Assembly (NCBI GenBank): GCA_965223325.1
Contig: CBDCWI010000002.1
Coordinates: 4,384,001 to 4,448,000, forward strand
Source: Candidatus Multivoradales bacterium
GTDB taxonomy: Bacteria; Acidobacteriota; Thermoanaerobaculia; Multivoradales; Multivoraceae
Direction: 5' to 3'
DNA: 64,000 nt
In this document: in pieces, positions 19,574 to 30,075 of the stretch
Layout: each line of letters starts with the position of its first letter
How positions within the stretch are numbered: the stretch's first letter is position 1
Notes under the pieces: generated by a model
Seen by the model: the letters and a program-made list of their open reading frames with translations, nothing else
Databases searched by the model: none
Told to the model about the DNA's origin: nothing
Translations under genes and position numbers: made by a program

Positions 19574-20344
19574 ATGATGGAATCCATTCGCACGGTAGTC
19601 GTCGACGACGAACCGCTCGCCCGAGACAAGATCGTTGGCTTTCTTTCCGAGGAACCCGACATCGAGGTCGTTGGCCAGGCCGACAACGGCCTCACCGCTG
19701 TCGATGTCATCCGCCAGCACCACCCCGACCTGGTCTTTCTCGACGTGCAAATGCCGGAGCTGAATGGCTTCGGGGTGCTCAAGGAAGTCGGTTCTGAGGA
19801 AGCTCCGGCGGTCATCTTCGTCACCGCCTTCGACCAGTACGCCCTCCAGGCGTTCGAAGTCCACGCTCTCGACTTTCTGCTCAAGCCGTTCGATCGGGCG
19901 CGCTTTCGTTCCGCCGTCGAACGGGCGCGCTCGCAGATTGTCGGCGACCGCTCGGGGAGCTTGCGCGCCAGGCTGTCGGCCCTACTCGAAGACCTGGAAG
20001 ACAAGAAGTACCTCGATCGCATGGTCGTCAAACGCTCGGGTCGGGTGTACTTCATCAAGGTCGACGACGTCGACTACATCGAGGCGGCCGCCAATTACGT
20101 TCGGCTACACACCGGTGACGACGGTCACACGGTCCGCGAAACGATGACCCGCCTCGAAGAGCGGCTCGACCCCGAAAAGTTCATGCGCATCCATCGCTCG
20201 ACGATTGTCAATATCGATCGCATCGAGGAACTGCGGCAGCTCTTTCACGGCGACTACGCCGTCGTTCTGCGCGGCGGTAAGAATCTGGCCGTCAGCCGTA
20301 GCTACCGAGACCGCATCAACACCCTTCTGGGGAAGCCCTCTTAG
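19574..20344 (+). CDS. LytTR-family DNA-binding response regulator
   Basis: VVDDEPLAR, FLDVQMP, TAFDQYA, LLKPF; C-terminal FMRIHRSTIVN, VSRSY. Confidence 0.93.
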   Translation: MMESIRTVVVDDEPLARDKIVGFLSEEPDIEVVGQADNGLTAVDVIRQHHPDLVFLDVQMPELNGFGVLKEVGSEEAPAVIFVTAFDQYALQAFEVHALDFLLKPFDRARFRSAVERARSQIVGDRSGSLRARLSALLEDLEDKKYLDRMVVKRSGRVYFIKVDDVDYIEAAANYVRLHTGDDGHTVRETMTRLEERLDPEKFMRIHRSTIVNIDRIEELRQLFHGDYAVVLRGGKNLAVSRSYRDRINTLLGKPS

Positions 20345-20459
20345 CAGCCTGCCGCGCGCGTCCCGCGCCGCTCTGCGCGGCCCCCCCCGGCCTGGCCATC
20401 GGTCTTCCCCAGGGTCGAGGTGCGCCGGCTGAGCCCGGTGGGCCATATACTTTCCGTCT

Positions 20460-21500
20460 ATGTCACTCCCTGTGATCGGTTTGCCGGTCGACCGTCTCGG
20501 CCGCGGGCTCGATGACCTGCGTATTTCGGTCATCGATCGCTGCAATTTTCGCTGCACGTTCTGCATGCCGGCGGGGCACAAGTACGAGTTCCTGCGCCGC
20601 GAGCAGCTGCTCTCGTTCGAGGAGATCGAACGACTCGCGAGGCTCTTTGCGAGCCTCGGCGTTCGCAAGCTGCGCCTGACCGGCGGCGAGCCGCTCCTGC
20701 GTTCGGAGCTCGACAAGCTGGTGGCCATGCTGGCCGCAGTACCCGGCATCGAAGACCTGGCCCTGACCACCAACGGCCGGTTGCTCGAGGAGAAGGCGAG
20801 CGCCCTGGCGGCGGCCGGCCTTCAACGCGTCACGGTGTCGCTCGAGTCGCTCGACGACGCCACCTTCGCCAAGATCAACGGCGTCGGGCAGACGGTCGCA
20901 CCGATACTCGAGGGAATCGAAGCGGCCGCTGGTGCCGGTCTCGGGCCGATCAAGATCAACACGGTGGTCATGCAAGGCGTCAATGACCACGAGGTCGCTG
21001 ACATCGCTGGCTACTTCAAGGAGCGCGGCCACACCGTGCGCTTCATCGAGTTCATGGATGTCGGGACGGTCAACGAGTGGGACCTCGCCCGGGTCGTTAG
21101 TGCCCAGGAGATCGCAGAACGCTTGGCCGCCAGGTGGCCCCTCGAAGAGCTTCCACGCGAGCGCCCAGGCGCCACTGCGCTCCGCTACCGCTACACCGAC
21201 GACGGCACCGAGGTCGGCATCGTCGCGTCGGTCACCCAGCCGTTCTGCGGCTCCTGCGCCCGCGCGCGTTTGACCTCGGAAGGCAAGCTGTACAGCTGTC
21301 TCTTCGCCACCGAAGGGCTCGATCTCCGCGCTCCTCTGCGGAAAGGGGCAAGCGATGGGGAGATCCTGGCGCTGGTCCGCGAACGCTGGGCCGCTCGTCA
21401 GGACCGCTACTCCGAGCAGCGCGCAGCGTTGCTCGAGGGTGCCGGCGGGCGCGTCGCCGCGCCGCCACAGCGGGTCGAGATGTTCAGGATCGGCGGCTGA
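20460..21500 (+). CDS. moaA: GTP 3',8-cyclase
   Basis: DRCNFRCTFCMP radical-SAM motif, LTGGEPL, PFCGSCARARL..C, C-terminal IGG. Confidence 0.95.
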   Translation: MSLPVIGLPVDRLGRGLDDLRISVIDRCNFRCTFCMPAGHKYEFLRREQLLSFEEIERLARLFASLGVRKLRLTGGEPLLRSELDKLVAMLAAVPGIEDLALTTNGRLLEEKASALAAAGLQRVTVSLESLDDATFAKINGVGQTVAPILEGIEAAAGAGLGPIKINTVVMQGVNDHEVADIAGYFKERGHTVRFIEFMDVGTVNEWDLARVVSAQEIAERLAARWPLEELPRERPGATALRYRYTDDGTEVGIVASVTQPFCGSCARARLTSEGKLYSCLFATEGLDLRAPLRKGASDGEILALVRERWAARQDRYSEQRAALLEGAGGRVAAPPQRVEMFRIGG

Positions 21501-21556
21501 TCCGCCGGGGTTCCGGGCCAGGCGCTCGGGCCCCGTTCGTTCGATAGGGTCGCCCG

Positions 21557-23557
21557 ATGTACGCCGAGTCGAACTCCACCGCACCTCCGGCGGACCCCCC
21601 AGCAGACCCTGAAACGCTGGCTGGGCTCGACGAGAGCGTCGAACGCGCCCAGCAGTTTCTCCTCGCCCAGCAGCGGCGCGACGGTCACTGGTGCGCGCAA
21701 CTCGAAGGCGACAACATCCTCGAGTCGGAGTACGCACTGCTCCTCTACTTTCTCGGGCGTGGTGACGAAGTCAAGATGCGGCGCCTGTGTGCCCAGCTTC
21801 GCGAGGCGCAGCTCGGGACCGGTGGATGGGCGATCTACCACGGCGGTCCGCCGGATCCGAACCCATCGGTCAAGTCATACTTCGCGCTCAAGCTCGCCGG
21901 TGACGACCCCGAAGCAGCGCACATGAAGAAGGCGCGCGACGCGATTCGCGGTTGCGGAGGGGTCGAGGCTTGTAACTCGTTCACCAAGCTCTACCTGGCT
22001 GTCTTCGGTCAATACAGTTGGAACAAGGCACCGGCCGTGCCGCCCGAACTGATCCGGCTCCCGCTGTGGTTCCCGATCAACATCTGGGAGATGTCGTCGT
22101 GGTCGCGGGCGATCGTCGTTCCGCTCTCGATCGTGTGGGCGCTGAAACCGCACTGCCCGGTGCCTCCGGGTCGTGGCATCGATGAGCTGCATACTCACCA
22201 GCGCGCCGCGGAACCTCTGTACCTCCGCCGCAACCGTCGTGTGTCAACTGCGTTCTGGGCAGGCTTCTTCAGGGTCGCAGACCGAGTCGTCAAGGCGGTG
22301 GAAGCGCTCGGCCTGCTGCGACCTCTCCGGGCAGGTTCGATCGCTCGTTGCCGTTCGTTCATCGAGCCGCGACTCGAGAAGAGCGCCGGCCTCGGGGCGA
22401 TCTTCCCTTCGATCCTGAATGTCGTACTGGCGTATCGAGCGCTTGGCTTCGAGCTCGATCACCCGGTCATCGCCAGCCAACTCAAAGAGCTCGAAGAGCT
22501 CGAGGTCTCGAACGGAGATGCTCTCAAGGTGCAGCCCTGCTGCTCTCCGGTCTGGGATACGTCGCTCACCCTCGCTGCCCTCCTCGACAGCGGCTTGCCG
22601 GCCGACCACCCGTCGTTCGTTCACGCGACGCGCTGGCTCTTGCGGCGTGAGGTCACTGAGGCCGGCGATTGGCGGATGAAGAACCCCGATGGCTCGGTGG
22701 GGGGCTGGTATTTCGAATACGCCAACGAGTTCTACCCCGACTGTGACGACACGGCAGAGATCCTCGCGGTGCTCGCGCGGGTGCACATCGAAGATCCCGA
22801 GCTCGAGGAGCGAGTGCGTGCTGCCGTTCAGCGAGCGCTCGACTGGCAGCTCTCGATGCAGAACGACGATGGCGGCTGGGGAGCCTTCGACAAGAACTGC
22901 GACCGGCAGCTCTTGACCCTGATCCCTTTCGCCGATCACAACGCCATGATCGACCCGAGCACTGCCGACATCACCGCGCGCACGATCGAGGCCCTTCGCG
23001 CCCAGGCTCTGCCCGCCGATCATCCGGCGATCGAGCGTGCTCTCAGGTTTCTGCGCCGCGCGCAGGAAAGTGATGGCGCCTGGTACGGGAGATGGGGTGC
23101 GAACTACATCTACGGAACCTGGTTGGCGCTTTCAGCTTTGTCGGCGGTGGGGAAGCGGGCGTTTGGCCCGGGGGCTTCGGTCGCTGCCCATCGCGGCGTC
23201 GGCTGGCTGCGCGGCTGTCAGAACGACGACGGTGGCTGGGGCGAGAGCCTGGCCAGCTACGATCGCCCCGAGGAACGCGGAGTCGGCGAGTCGACGGCGA
23301 CCCAGACCGCCTGGGCGATCATGGGGCTGGTGGCCGCTGGAGCCGCCGAACCAGAGAGCGACGCCGCGGCATCGGCCGACGCCGTTCGAAGAGGAGTCGC
23401 GTACTTGCTGCAAACGCAAGCGGCTGATGGCTCCTGGTGCGATCTTCATTGGACCGGCACCGGTTTCCCTGGAGTGTTCTATCTTCGCTACCACGCCTAC
23501 TCACACTATTTTCCCTTGCAGGCGCTCTCGATCTACCGCCGACTCGCGCGCGAGTAG
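21557..23557 (+). CDS. shc: Squalene-hopene cyclase
   Basis: YPDCDDTAE (DxDD) catalytic motif; QW repeats (QNDDGGWG, QESDGAWYGRWG); SPVWDT; TGTGFP..FYLRY. Confidence 0.95.
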   Translation: MYAESNSTAPPADPPADPETLAGLDESVERAQQFLLAQQRRDGHWCAQLEGDNILESEYALLLYFLGRGDEVKMRRLCAQLREAQLGTGGWAIYHGGPPDPNPSVKSYFALKLAGDDPEAAHMKKARDAIRGCGGVEACNSFTKLYLAVFGQYSWNKAPAVPPELIRLPLWFPINIWEMSSWSRAIVVPLSIVWALKPHCPVPPGRGIDELHTHQRAAEPLYLRRNRRVSTAFWAGFFRVADRVVKAVEALGLLRPLRAGSIARCRSFIEPRLEKSAGLGAIFPSILNVVLAYRALGFELDHPVIASQLKELEELEVSNGDALKVQPCCSPVWDTSLTLAALLDSGLPADHPSFVHATRWLLRREVTEAGDWRMKNPDGSVGGWYFEYANEFYPDCDDTAEILAVLARVHIEDPELEERVRAAVQRALDWQLSMQNDDGGWGAFDKNCDRQLLTLIPFADHNAMIDPSTADITARTIEALRAQALPADHPAIERALRFLRRAQESDGAWYGRWGANYIYGTWLALSALSAVGKRAFGPGASVAAHRGVGWLRGCQNDDGGWGESLASYDRPEERGVGESTATQTAWAIMGLVAAGAAEPESDAAASADAVRRGVAYLLQTQAADGSWCDLHWTGTGFPGVFYLRYHAYSHYFPLQALSIYRRLARE

Positions 23558-23606
23558 TCGAGTGGTTCAGCCACTGCCCTAGGTCCAGAAGACACAGGAG
23601 AGTTCG

Positions 23607-24608
23607 ATGCGTCTGCCGATGCACATCGCAACCGATCAGATCAAGAACCAGGTGCGCCAGCGCCTGCAGGGAAAGGAACGCTTTCCTTTTGTGTTGATGC
23701 TCGAGCCGCTCTACACCTGCAACCTCGCCTGTCTCGGCTGTTCGGTTGAGCGCCATACCGGCAAGCTGCGCGACCGCATGTCGCTAGAAGACTGTCTTGA
23801 AGCGGTCGATGTGAGCGGCGCTCCCACGGTGTCGATCTGCGGCGGCGAGCCCACCATCTACCCGGAGCTGCCGGAGTTGATCGCTGGCATCATCGAGCGC
23901 AACCGTCATATCTACCTGTGCACCAACGCGCTCCTTCTCGACACCAAGCTGTTCGGTGTGATTCCGCCGCACAAGCGGCTGACGGTCAATGTGCATCTGG
24001 ACGGCATGCGCGCCACCCACGATCTGGTCACGAACCGCGACGGTGTTTTCGACAAAGCGGTCGAGATGCTGGAGAAAGCGATCGCCCTCGGCTACCACAC
24101 GGCCATCAACATGACGATCTACCGCGAGACCTCAGTCGAAGAGGTCGAAGAGGTGTGCAACTTCGTTTCGAAGCTCGGGGTGCACAGCATTCTGATCTCG
24201 CCGGGCTACGAGTACGAGTCTGTCGGCCGTGACATCTTCTTGAAGCGTCGCGACACGGAAGTGAAGTTCGAGCGCATCCTCGAGATCGCCAAGCGCTACC
24301 GCCTGACGTCGACGCCAATGTTCTTGGAGTTCGCAGCCGGGCAGCGCGACTACGACTGTTCGCCCTGGAGCACAGTCACGCGCACTCCGCTCGGCTGGAA
24401 GGGGCCGTGCTATCTGATCGGCAAGAAGTTCTATGACACCTTCGAAGAGTTCTGGAACGAGACCGACTGGGAGTACTGGGAGTCGCGAGAAGACGACCTG
24501 TGCAAGAACTGCGCGATGCATTCGGGCTTCGAGGCCTCGGTGGTGCGAAACCTCCACAAGAGTCCTCGGGACATGATGAGGATTGCCGCCTGGCACATGT
24601 TCGGGTGA
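23607..24608 (+). CDS. hpnH: Adenosyl-hopene transferase (radical SAM)
   Basis: FPFVLMLEPLYTCNLACLGC, CGGEP, LCTNAL, CKNCAMHSGFE; adjacent to shc. Confidence 0.9.
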   Translation: MRLPMHIATDQIKNQVRQRLQGKERFPFVLMLEPLYTCNLACLGCSVERHTGKLRDRMSLEDCLEAVDVSGAPTVSICGGEPTIYPELPELIAGIIERNRHIYLCTNALLLDTKLFGVIPPHKRLTVNVHLDGMRATHDLVTNRDGVFDKAVEMLEKAIALGYHTAINMTIYRETSVEEVEEVCNFVSKLGVHSILISPGYEYESVGRDIFLKRRDTEVKFERILEIAKRYRLTSTPMFLEFAAGQRDYDCSPWSTVTRTPLGWKGPCYLIGKKFYDTFEEFWNETDWEYWESREDDLCKNCAMHSGFEASVVRNLHKSPRDMMRIAAWHMFG

Positions 24609-24621
24609 GCACCGTGGTGGC

Positions 24622-25638
24622 ATGACCGCACTGGTCACCGGCGGCACCGGGTTCGTGGGTGCACACATTGTGCGGGCGTTGCTCGCCGATGGGCAGGCGG
24701 TGCGCTGTCTGGTGCGTGCCGGGAGTGCGTGGGAGAACCTCGCGGGGCTCGACGTTGAGAAGTGTGAGGGCGATCTGGGTGATCTGGGTTCTCTCGCGCG
24801 CGCACTTTCAGATGTGCGGACTTTGTTTCACTGTGCCGCCGACTACCGTCTGTTCGCTCTTGATCCCACCGAGCTCTACCGCACCAACGTTCTGGGGACG
24901 CGCCAACTGCTCGAGTTGGCAGGGCGTCTGGGGGTCGAGCGGGTGGTCTACACGAGCTCTGTGGGTGCTCTCGCCGCGAGTGCCGATTCAGCGATCGCTA
25001 ACGAGGACACCCCGGTCGACCTGCACGACATGGTGGGTCACTACAAGCGCAGCAAGTACCTCGCCGCGCGAGTCGTCGACCATCTCGCGGCGCGCGGCCT
25101 GCCTGTGGTGACCGTTAGCCCCTCGACGCCAGTCGGTGCTCTCGACCGTCGCCCCACGCCGACCGGCCAGATTGTGGTCGACTTTTTGAATCGCCGCCTA
25201 CCGGCCTACGTCGACACCGGCCTGAACCTGGTCGATGTGCGCGATGTCGCGCGGGGTCATCTGCAGGCCGCCGAGCAGGGAACCGTTGGGCGCAACTACA
25301 TTCTCGGCTGCCTCAACCTGAGCCTGCGCGAGATGCTCGAGCGTCTTGGTCGAGTCACCGGCCTGCGGCCACCTCGAGTGCGCCTTCCGCACGTCCTCCC
25401 CATTGCCTTGGCCCGCTTCGATACCTGGCAGGCACAGAAGCGCGGCCTGAAGCCGCGAGTGAGTCTCGAGAGTGCCTTGATGGCCAAGAAGAAAATGTAC
25501 TTCGACTCAGAGCGGGCGATCTCTGAACTCGGCTTCAGGCAGACCCCGATCGACGATGCGCTCGAACAGGCCGCCACCTGGTATCGGCAGAACGGCTATG
25601 TCGAGCGTGGACCGCTTGCGCAGCGAGTTGCGCGATGA
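24622..25638 (+). CDS. hpnA: Hopanoid-associated NAD-dependent epimerase/dehydratase
   Basis: VTGGTGFVG, HCAADYR, GHYKRSK (YxxxK), PTPTG, YVDTGLNLV. Confidence 0.88.
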   Translation: MTALVTGGTGFVGAHIVRALLADGQAVRCLVRAGSAWENLAGLDVEKCEGDLGDLGSLARALSDVRTLFHCAADYRLFALDPTELYRTNVLGTRQLLELAGRLGVERVVYTSSVGALAASADSAIANEDTPVDLHDMVGHYKRSKYLAARVVDHLAARGLPVVTVSPSTPVGALDRRPTPTGQIVVDFLNRRLPAYVDTGLNLVDVRDVARGHLQAAEQGTVGRNYILGCLNLSLREMLERLGRVTGLRPPRVRLPHVLPIALARFDTWQAQKRGLKPRVSLESALMAKKKMYFDSERAISELGFRQTPIDDALEQAATWYRQNGYVERGPLAQRVAR

Positions 25639-26519
25639 CTGCGGAAGGAGAAGCCTGGGCGGAGGGAACGAGCGTCCTCCTGGGCGCCGTCCCGGAAGAG
25701 ATTGCCGGCCTGCGCGCCCTTCTGATCGAAGAGGATCGGCACGTTGGCCCGCGCGGGATGAAGCTTCGCCGGGGCACCATTCTCGGGCACCCCGTCGCCC
25801 TCCTCGCGACCGGAGAGGGAAGCCAGCGCGCGCATCGTGCCATGGAGTGGTTGGACGAAATCCTGCCCGAGGCTCCGATCCTGTTTCTCGGCGTGGCGGG
25901 AGGCCTCAGCGCGGCGCTCGCGCCGGGTGACCTGGTGGTCGGCGAGATGGCGCTCGAGTTTGGCGGAGATGCAACGTTTGAGAGTTTCGACCTCGCCAGT
26001 CGAGAGACCGCGGCCGCGCTTGGCCTTGGGGTCAGAAACCACGCGGCAGATGCGCTCGCTTCCGATTCCGGCCTGGCCGCTCCGGTCGGCCCGGCGGTTC
26101 TGGTGACTGTCGACTGGATCGTGACCGACTCGGTCGAGAAGACGCGCCTCTGGCAACGGGTCAGGAGATCCTTGGAGGAGACGGGAACCGAGGCTGGGGG
26201 CGAGCCCTACTGCACAGTCGACATGGAATCGGCCGCGGTCGCGCGTTGTGCGGCAGAGAGTAGCCGCCGGTTGCTCATCGTGCGTGCGGTCAGCGACTCC
26301 GCGGCCGAGAGTCTGCCGAGCTTTCTCAACCGCACGCGGCGCGCCGACGGCTCGATCAGCCGCTGGCGGGTTGCCGGCTACATGCTTTTGCTCTGGCCGT
26401 GGACCCTCTTTCGGGTACTGCACCTGCGGCAGCGCATGCGCCTTTGTTCGAGGCGGCTCACCGAGTTCGGTGTGTCCTGGCTTCAACATCGGGCGAAGTC
26501 CTCTCGCGGAGGCCTTTGA
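25635..26519 (+). CDS. Nucleoside phosphorylase/nucleosidase family protein (HpnG-like)
   Basis: GVAGGL..LAPGDLVV, VDMESAAVA, VRAVSD; context next to hpnH. Confidence 0.78.
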   Translation: MTAEGEAWAEGTSVLLGAVPEEIAGLRALLIEEDRHVGPRGMKLRRGTILGHPVALLATGEGSQRAHRAMEWLDEILPEAPILFLGVAGGLSAALAPGDLVVGEMALEFGGDATFESFDLASRETAAALGLGVRNHAADALASDSGLAAPVGPAVLVTVDWIVTDSVEKTRLWQRVRRSLEETGTEAGGEPYCTVDMESAAVARCAAESSRRLLIVRAVSDSAAESLPSFLNRTRRADGSISRWRVAGYMLLLWPWTLFRVLHLRQRMRLCSRRLTEFGVSWLQHRAKSSRGGL

Positions 26520-26598
26520 CCCCAGCTCGATTCGTGCCCTGGTCAGGGCCCTTTGGTGCCACGAGGAGGGCACCGGCGACTGTTAAGGTGCCAGGGCC

Positions 26599-27630
26599 AT
26601 GAACCCTGAAATCGCGGTCCGAGATCGCAAGGCCGAGCACATCGAACTGGCCCTGGATCCGCGCATGCAGGCCGAGGCCAACGCCTTTGCCCGCTATCGC
26701 TTCGAGCACAACGCTCTACCCGAACTCGACTTCGACGAGATCGATCTCGGCTGCACGATGTTCGGCCGTCAACTCACCGCGCCCCTGCTGATTTCGTGCA
26801 TGACGGGGGGGACCGAACAGGCCGCGGAGATCAACCGCAACCTGGCCGAGGCGGCGGAACGCGCGGGCGTCGCTCTGGGTGTCGGCTCACAACGCCTGGC
26901 GATCGAAGACGAAGCGCGCGTGGCGACGTTCGACGTGCGTGACATTGCCCCCTCCGTTCCGCTGATCGCCAACCTCGGTGCAGTGCAACTGAACTACGGC
27001 TACGGCCCGCAGGAGTGCCAGCGTGTGGTCGACATGATCAGCGCCGATGCGTTGGCACTTCATCTCAACCCGCTTCAAGAGGCCATCCAGCCCGAGGGTG
27101 ACCGCCGCTTTCGCGGGTTGCTGCACCAGATTGGCGACGTCGTCGAAGCGCTCGATGTGCCGGTGATCGTTAAAGAGGTCGGGTGCGGAATCTCTGCGGC
27201 GGTGGCACGTCGTCTGGCTCGAGTTGGTGTTACCTGGATCGATACCGCCGGCGTCGGTGGGACGAGCTGGGCTCGCATTGAAGCTGCGCGTGCTGCCGAT
27301 CGTGGGCTCGGCGAGACGTTTGCCCGGTGGGGGATTCCAACGCCCGAAGCAATACGGCAGGTGAGTGGGGTCGCGGGTGTCGGGGTTATCGGTAGCGGTG
27401 GCCTGCGTTCCGGTCTCGATGCCGCGATCGCGCTGGCGCTAGGAGCAGACTACGTCGGTCTTGCCTATCCTTTCCTCGGGCCGGCACAGCAGTCGGCGGC
27501 GGCGGTCGAAGAGGCGATCGAGCGACTGAAGGTGGAGCTTCGCATCGCGATGTTCTGTGTTGGTGCTCGTTCGCTGAGCCAGCTGCGAAGAGCGATTCTG
27601 TTTCACGATGGTGCTGAGGTTGCGAGATGA
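26599..27630 (+). CDS. fni: Type 2 isopentenyl-diphosphate delta-isomerase
   Basis: RKAEHI, MTGG, GVGSQR, IANLG, HLNPLQE.IQPEGD, KEVGCG, GGTSW. Confidence 0.93.
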   Translation: MNPEIAVRDRKAEHIELALDPRMQAEANAFARYRFEHNALPELDFDEIDLGCTMFGRQLTAPLLISCMTGGTEQAAEINRNLAEAAERAGVALGVGSQRLAIEDEARVATFDVRDIAPSVPLIANLGAVQLNYGYGPQECQRVVDMISADALALHLNPLQEAIQPEGDRRFRGLLHQIGDVVEALDVPVIVKEVGCGISAAVARRLARVGVTWIDTAGVGGTSWARIEAARAADRGLGETFARWGIPTPEAIRQVSGVAGVGVIGSGGLRSGLDAAIALALGADYVGLAYPFLGPAQQSAAAVEEAIERLKVELRIAMFCVGARSLSQLRRAILFHDGAEVAR

Positions 27631-28898
27631 GCACTTCGGAAGAGTCCCGTACGAACAAGACACAAGCCACCCGTCAAGAAAAGGGCGAGGCGGAGACGGT
27701 CGACGAGATCAAGTCTGGATCAAGGGGCCTTCATCAACTGCCGCGTGGCCTGGCCGCGGCCGAAGCGGCGGCGCTCAGGCGTCGAGTCGCCGAGAGCTCG
27801 GGAGCGTCAGAGCTTCGGCACATCGCTTCCTACTCTCTCGACGACGAGCGGGCGTCAACGCGTAACTGCGAGAACTTCATCGGTGCTGCCCAGGTGCCGA
27901 TGGGGCTGGTGGGCCCGCTCCACGTCCGTGGTCGCGAGATCGACGGCGAGACCTTCGTCCCCCTGGCGACCACCGAGGGAGCGCTGCTCGCCAGCGTCAA
28001 CCGGGGTTGCCGGGCCATCGCCCGATCGGGCGGGGCGGCGGTCGACGTGGTGGACGTTGGTATGACGCGTGCGCCAGCCTTTCGGGTTCATGACCTGACG
28101 GCAGCTCGCCGCCTCACCAACTGGCTCGAAGAGAACTACGCCCGCATCAAGGAACACGCCGAAGCGACGAGCCGGTTTCTGGAACTCGTCGAGCTACGCC
28201 CGATCATCATTGGCACAACGGTCCTCATTCGTTTCCGATTCACCACCGGCGACGCGATGGGCATGAACATGGCGACCATCGCGTGCGACCGGGTCGTCAC
28301 CGAAATCATCGAGCCCGAAACCGGTGCCGAATGTGTCGCCCTCTCCGGCAACTACTGCGTCGACAAGAAACCCTCGGCGGTCAATTTTCAACTCGGACGC
28401 GGCAAGAGCATTCGCGCGGAAGCAGAGATTCCTGCCGATGTACTCGAGAAGACGCTCAAGACCACTGCTTCGTCGCTGGTCGAAGTTCAGGTGCGCAAGA
28501 ACTTCGTGGGCTCGATCGCCGCGGGGGCGATGGGCTACAACGCGCAGTTCGCCAACGTGCTTGCCGGTCTGTTTCTCGCCTGTGGGCAGGACCTGGCGCA
28601 TGTCGTAGAAGGTTCGATGGGGATAACGACCTTCGAAGAACGAGAGGCCGGTGCAGTGCACGCGGCCGTCTACCTGCCCGACTGTCCAGTGGCGGCTATC
28701 GGTGGTGGCACTTCGCTCGCGACCCAACGCGAGGCACTGTCGATTCTGGGTATCGCGGTCGATGAAGAGCGGCCCGGGACGGCGGCGATTCGGCTCGCTG
28801 AGATCACCGGTGCGGTCGTTCTGGCCGGCGAGCTTTCTCTCATGGCGGCGTTCACCTCGCGCGACCTGGCTCGTGCCCACGAGCGCCTGGGTCGCTGA
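27627..28898 (+). CDS. hmgA: Class I (NADPH) HMG-CoA reductase
   Basis: CENFIG, PLATTEGALLAS, TGDAMGMNM, LSGNYCVDKK cis-loop, GRGK, VLAGELSL, C-terminal AHERLGR. Confidence 0.93.
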   Translation: MSTSEESRTNKTQATRQEKGEAETVDEIKSGSRGLHQLPRGLAAAEAAALRRRVAESSGASELRHIASYSLDDERASTRNCENFIGAAQVPMGLVGPLHVRGREIDGETFVPLATTEGALLASVNRGCRAIARSGGAAVDVVDVGMTRAPAFRVHDLTAARRLTNWLEENYARIKEHAEATSRFLELVELRPIIIGTTVLIRFRFTTGDAMGMNMATIACDRVVTEIIEPETGAECVALSGNYCVDKKPSAVNFQLGRGKSIRAEAEIPADVLEKTLKTTASSLVEVQVRKNFVGSIAAGAMGYNAQFANVLAGLFLACGQDLAHVVEGSMGITTFEEREAGAVHAAVYLPDCPVAAIGGGTSLATQREALSILGIAVDEERPGTAAIRLAEITGAVVLAGELSLMAAFTSRDLARAHERLGR

Positions 28899-28904
28899 CG
28901 GCTG

Positions 28905-30074
28905 GTGACGAACGGCGCTGGGAAACGAAGCGTCCGCTGGTCGGCTCCCGGCAAGGCGATATTGATTGGCGAGCACGCAGCTGTCTATGGACGACCCGCA
29001 TTGGTGGTCGCCGTCGGGCTGCGGACCGAGGTTACGGCTCGAACGACGGGTGACGGCAAGGGGATCGTGACGCTCGAAGTGCCGCAGCTCGAGGCGCGAT
29101 CGGATAGTTCGCCATCAGATAGCCAGCGCGAACCGGTCCGTTGGGCCGAGCTGGCCGCCATGGGAGCCGAAGTGTCTTCACGTTGGCAGCTCTACAATCG
29201 AAGCGAAGTGCCGATCTCTGCAATCCTCGGCGAGACCTTGTTGCCCCAAGCGATCCTGGGTGTTGTCGCCCACTGGTTGGGAGAATTGCCCAGTGTCTCT
29301 CTGCGGCTTCGGGTGGCTTCCGAACTTCCCATCGGTGCCGGACTGGGCAGTTCGGCTTCAGTGGCTGCAGCAATGGTTGCCGCGACGCTCGACGCAATCG
29401 ACGTGACGGTGCCCGCGGCGGAGGTCGAGGCACTCATTCTCGAGTGTGAGCGTCTACAGCACGGCCACCCTTCCGGAATCGATGCCGCCGCCGTCCTGCG
29501 CGGCGGAGCTTTGGTCATTCGACGGGAAACGCCGGCGCAGGCCGATCAACCTCTGGAGCTGGAAGTCGAGGTCCTCGATGTAGACGAGGCGGCGTTTCGT
29601 GGGTTTCGGTTGTTCGACACCGGTCGCCCACCCGAGAGCACCGGCGAGGTCGTGACCGCAGTGCGCGAGCTTCGGTCGCGAGACGTTGAGGCGTTCGATG
29701 ATGAACTGCGGCGGGCAGAAGACGCGGCGCTGGCGATGCTCGATGGGTTGCGGCGCGCTGAGTCGTCAGACGGCGGGGCTGTCATCGCCACCGCGATGCG
29801 CGTCTTCCAGAGGTGGCTCGAGGGCATCGGCGTGGTTCCGGCCGAGATTGCTACGCTCATCGCGAAGCTCGAGGCACGAGGCCTGGCGGCCAAGATCTCG
29901 GGAGCCGGATCCCTGGTAGGCCCTGGCGCTGGCTTGGCTCTGGTCTACGACGCGGGTCGGTCTCCGAGGTCCGCTTCGGGCAGTCGCTGGTGGCATGAGT
30001 CCTGGACAGAGATCGAGGCGCCCCTCGGCGCCCCTGGTCTTTGCCGCCACCCAGCCGACATTGCCGAGGCATGA
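28905..30074 (+). CDS. mvk: Mevalonate kinase
   Basis: APGKAILIGEHAAVYG, PIGAGLGSSAS, HGHPSGID, AKISGAG. Confidence 0.88.
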   Translation: MTNGAGKRSVRWSAPGKAILIGEHAAVYGRPALVVAVGLRTEVTARTTGDGKGIVTLEVPQLEARSDSSPSDSQREPVRWAELAAMGAEVSSRWQLYNRSEVPISAILGETLLPQAILGVVAHWLGELPSVSLRLRVASELPIGAGLGSSASVAAAMVAATLDAIDVTVPAAEVEALILECERLQHGHPSGIDAAAVLRGGALVIRRETPAQADQPLELEVEVLDVDEAAFRGFRLFDTGRPPESTGEVVTAVRELRSRDVEAFDDELRRAEDAALAMLDGLRRAESSDGGAVIATAMRVFQRWLEGIGVVPAEIATLIAKLEARGLAAKISGAGSLVGPGAGLALVYDAGRSPRSASGSRWWHESWTEIEAPLGAPGLCRHPADIAEA

Positions 30075-30075
30075 G

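Noticed and set aside
20463-21737. Long antisense ORFs (also 1158-2048, 41722-43080, 48301-49461, 37718-38638, 46703-47743)
   Set aside because: Shadow frames of well-supported genes in high-GC DNA, with no motifs of their own
21557-23557. Cyclase as an oxidosqualene (sterol) cyclase, given the MVA context
   Set aside because: It has the DxDD motif (DCDDTAE) of squalene-hopene cyclases rather than DCTAE, it neighbours hpnH, and no squalene epoxidase is in the window
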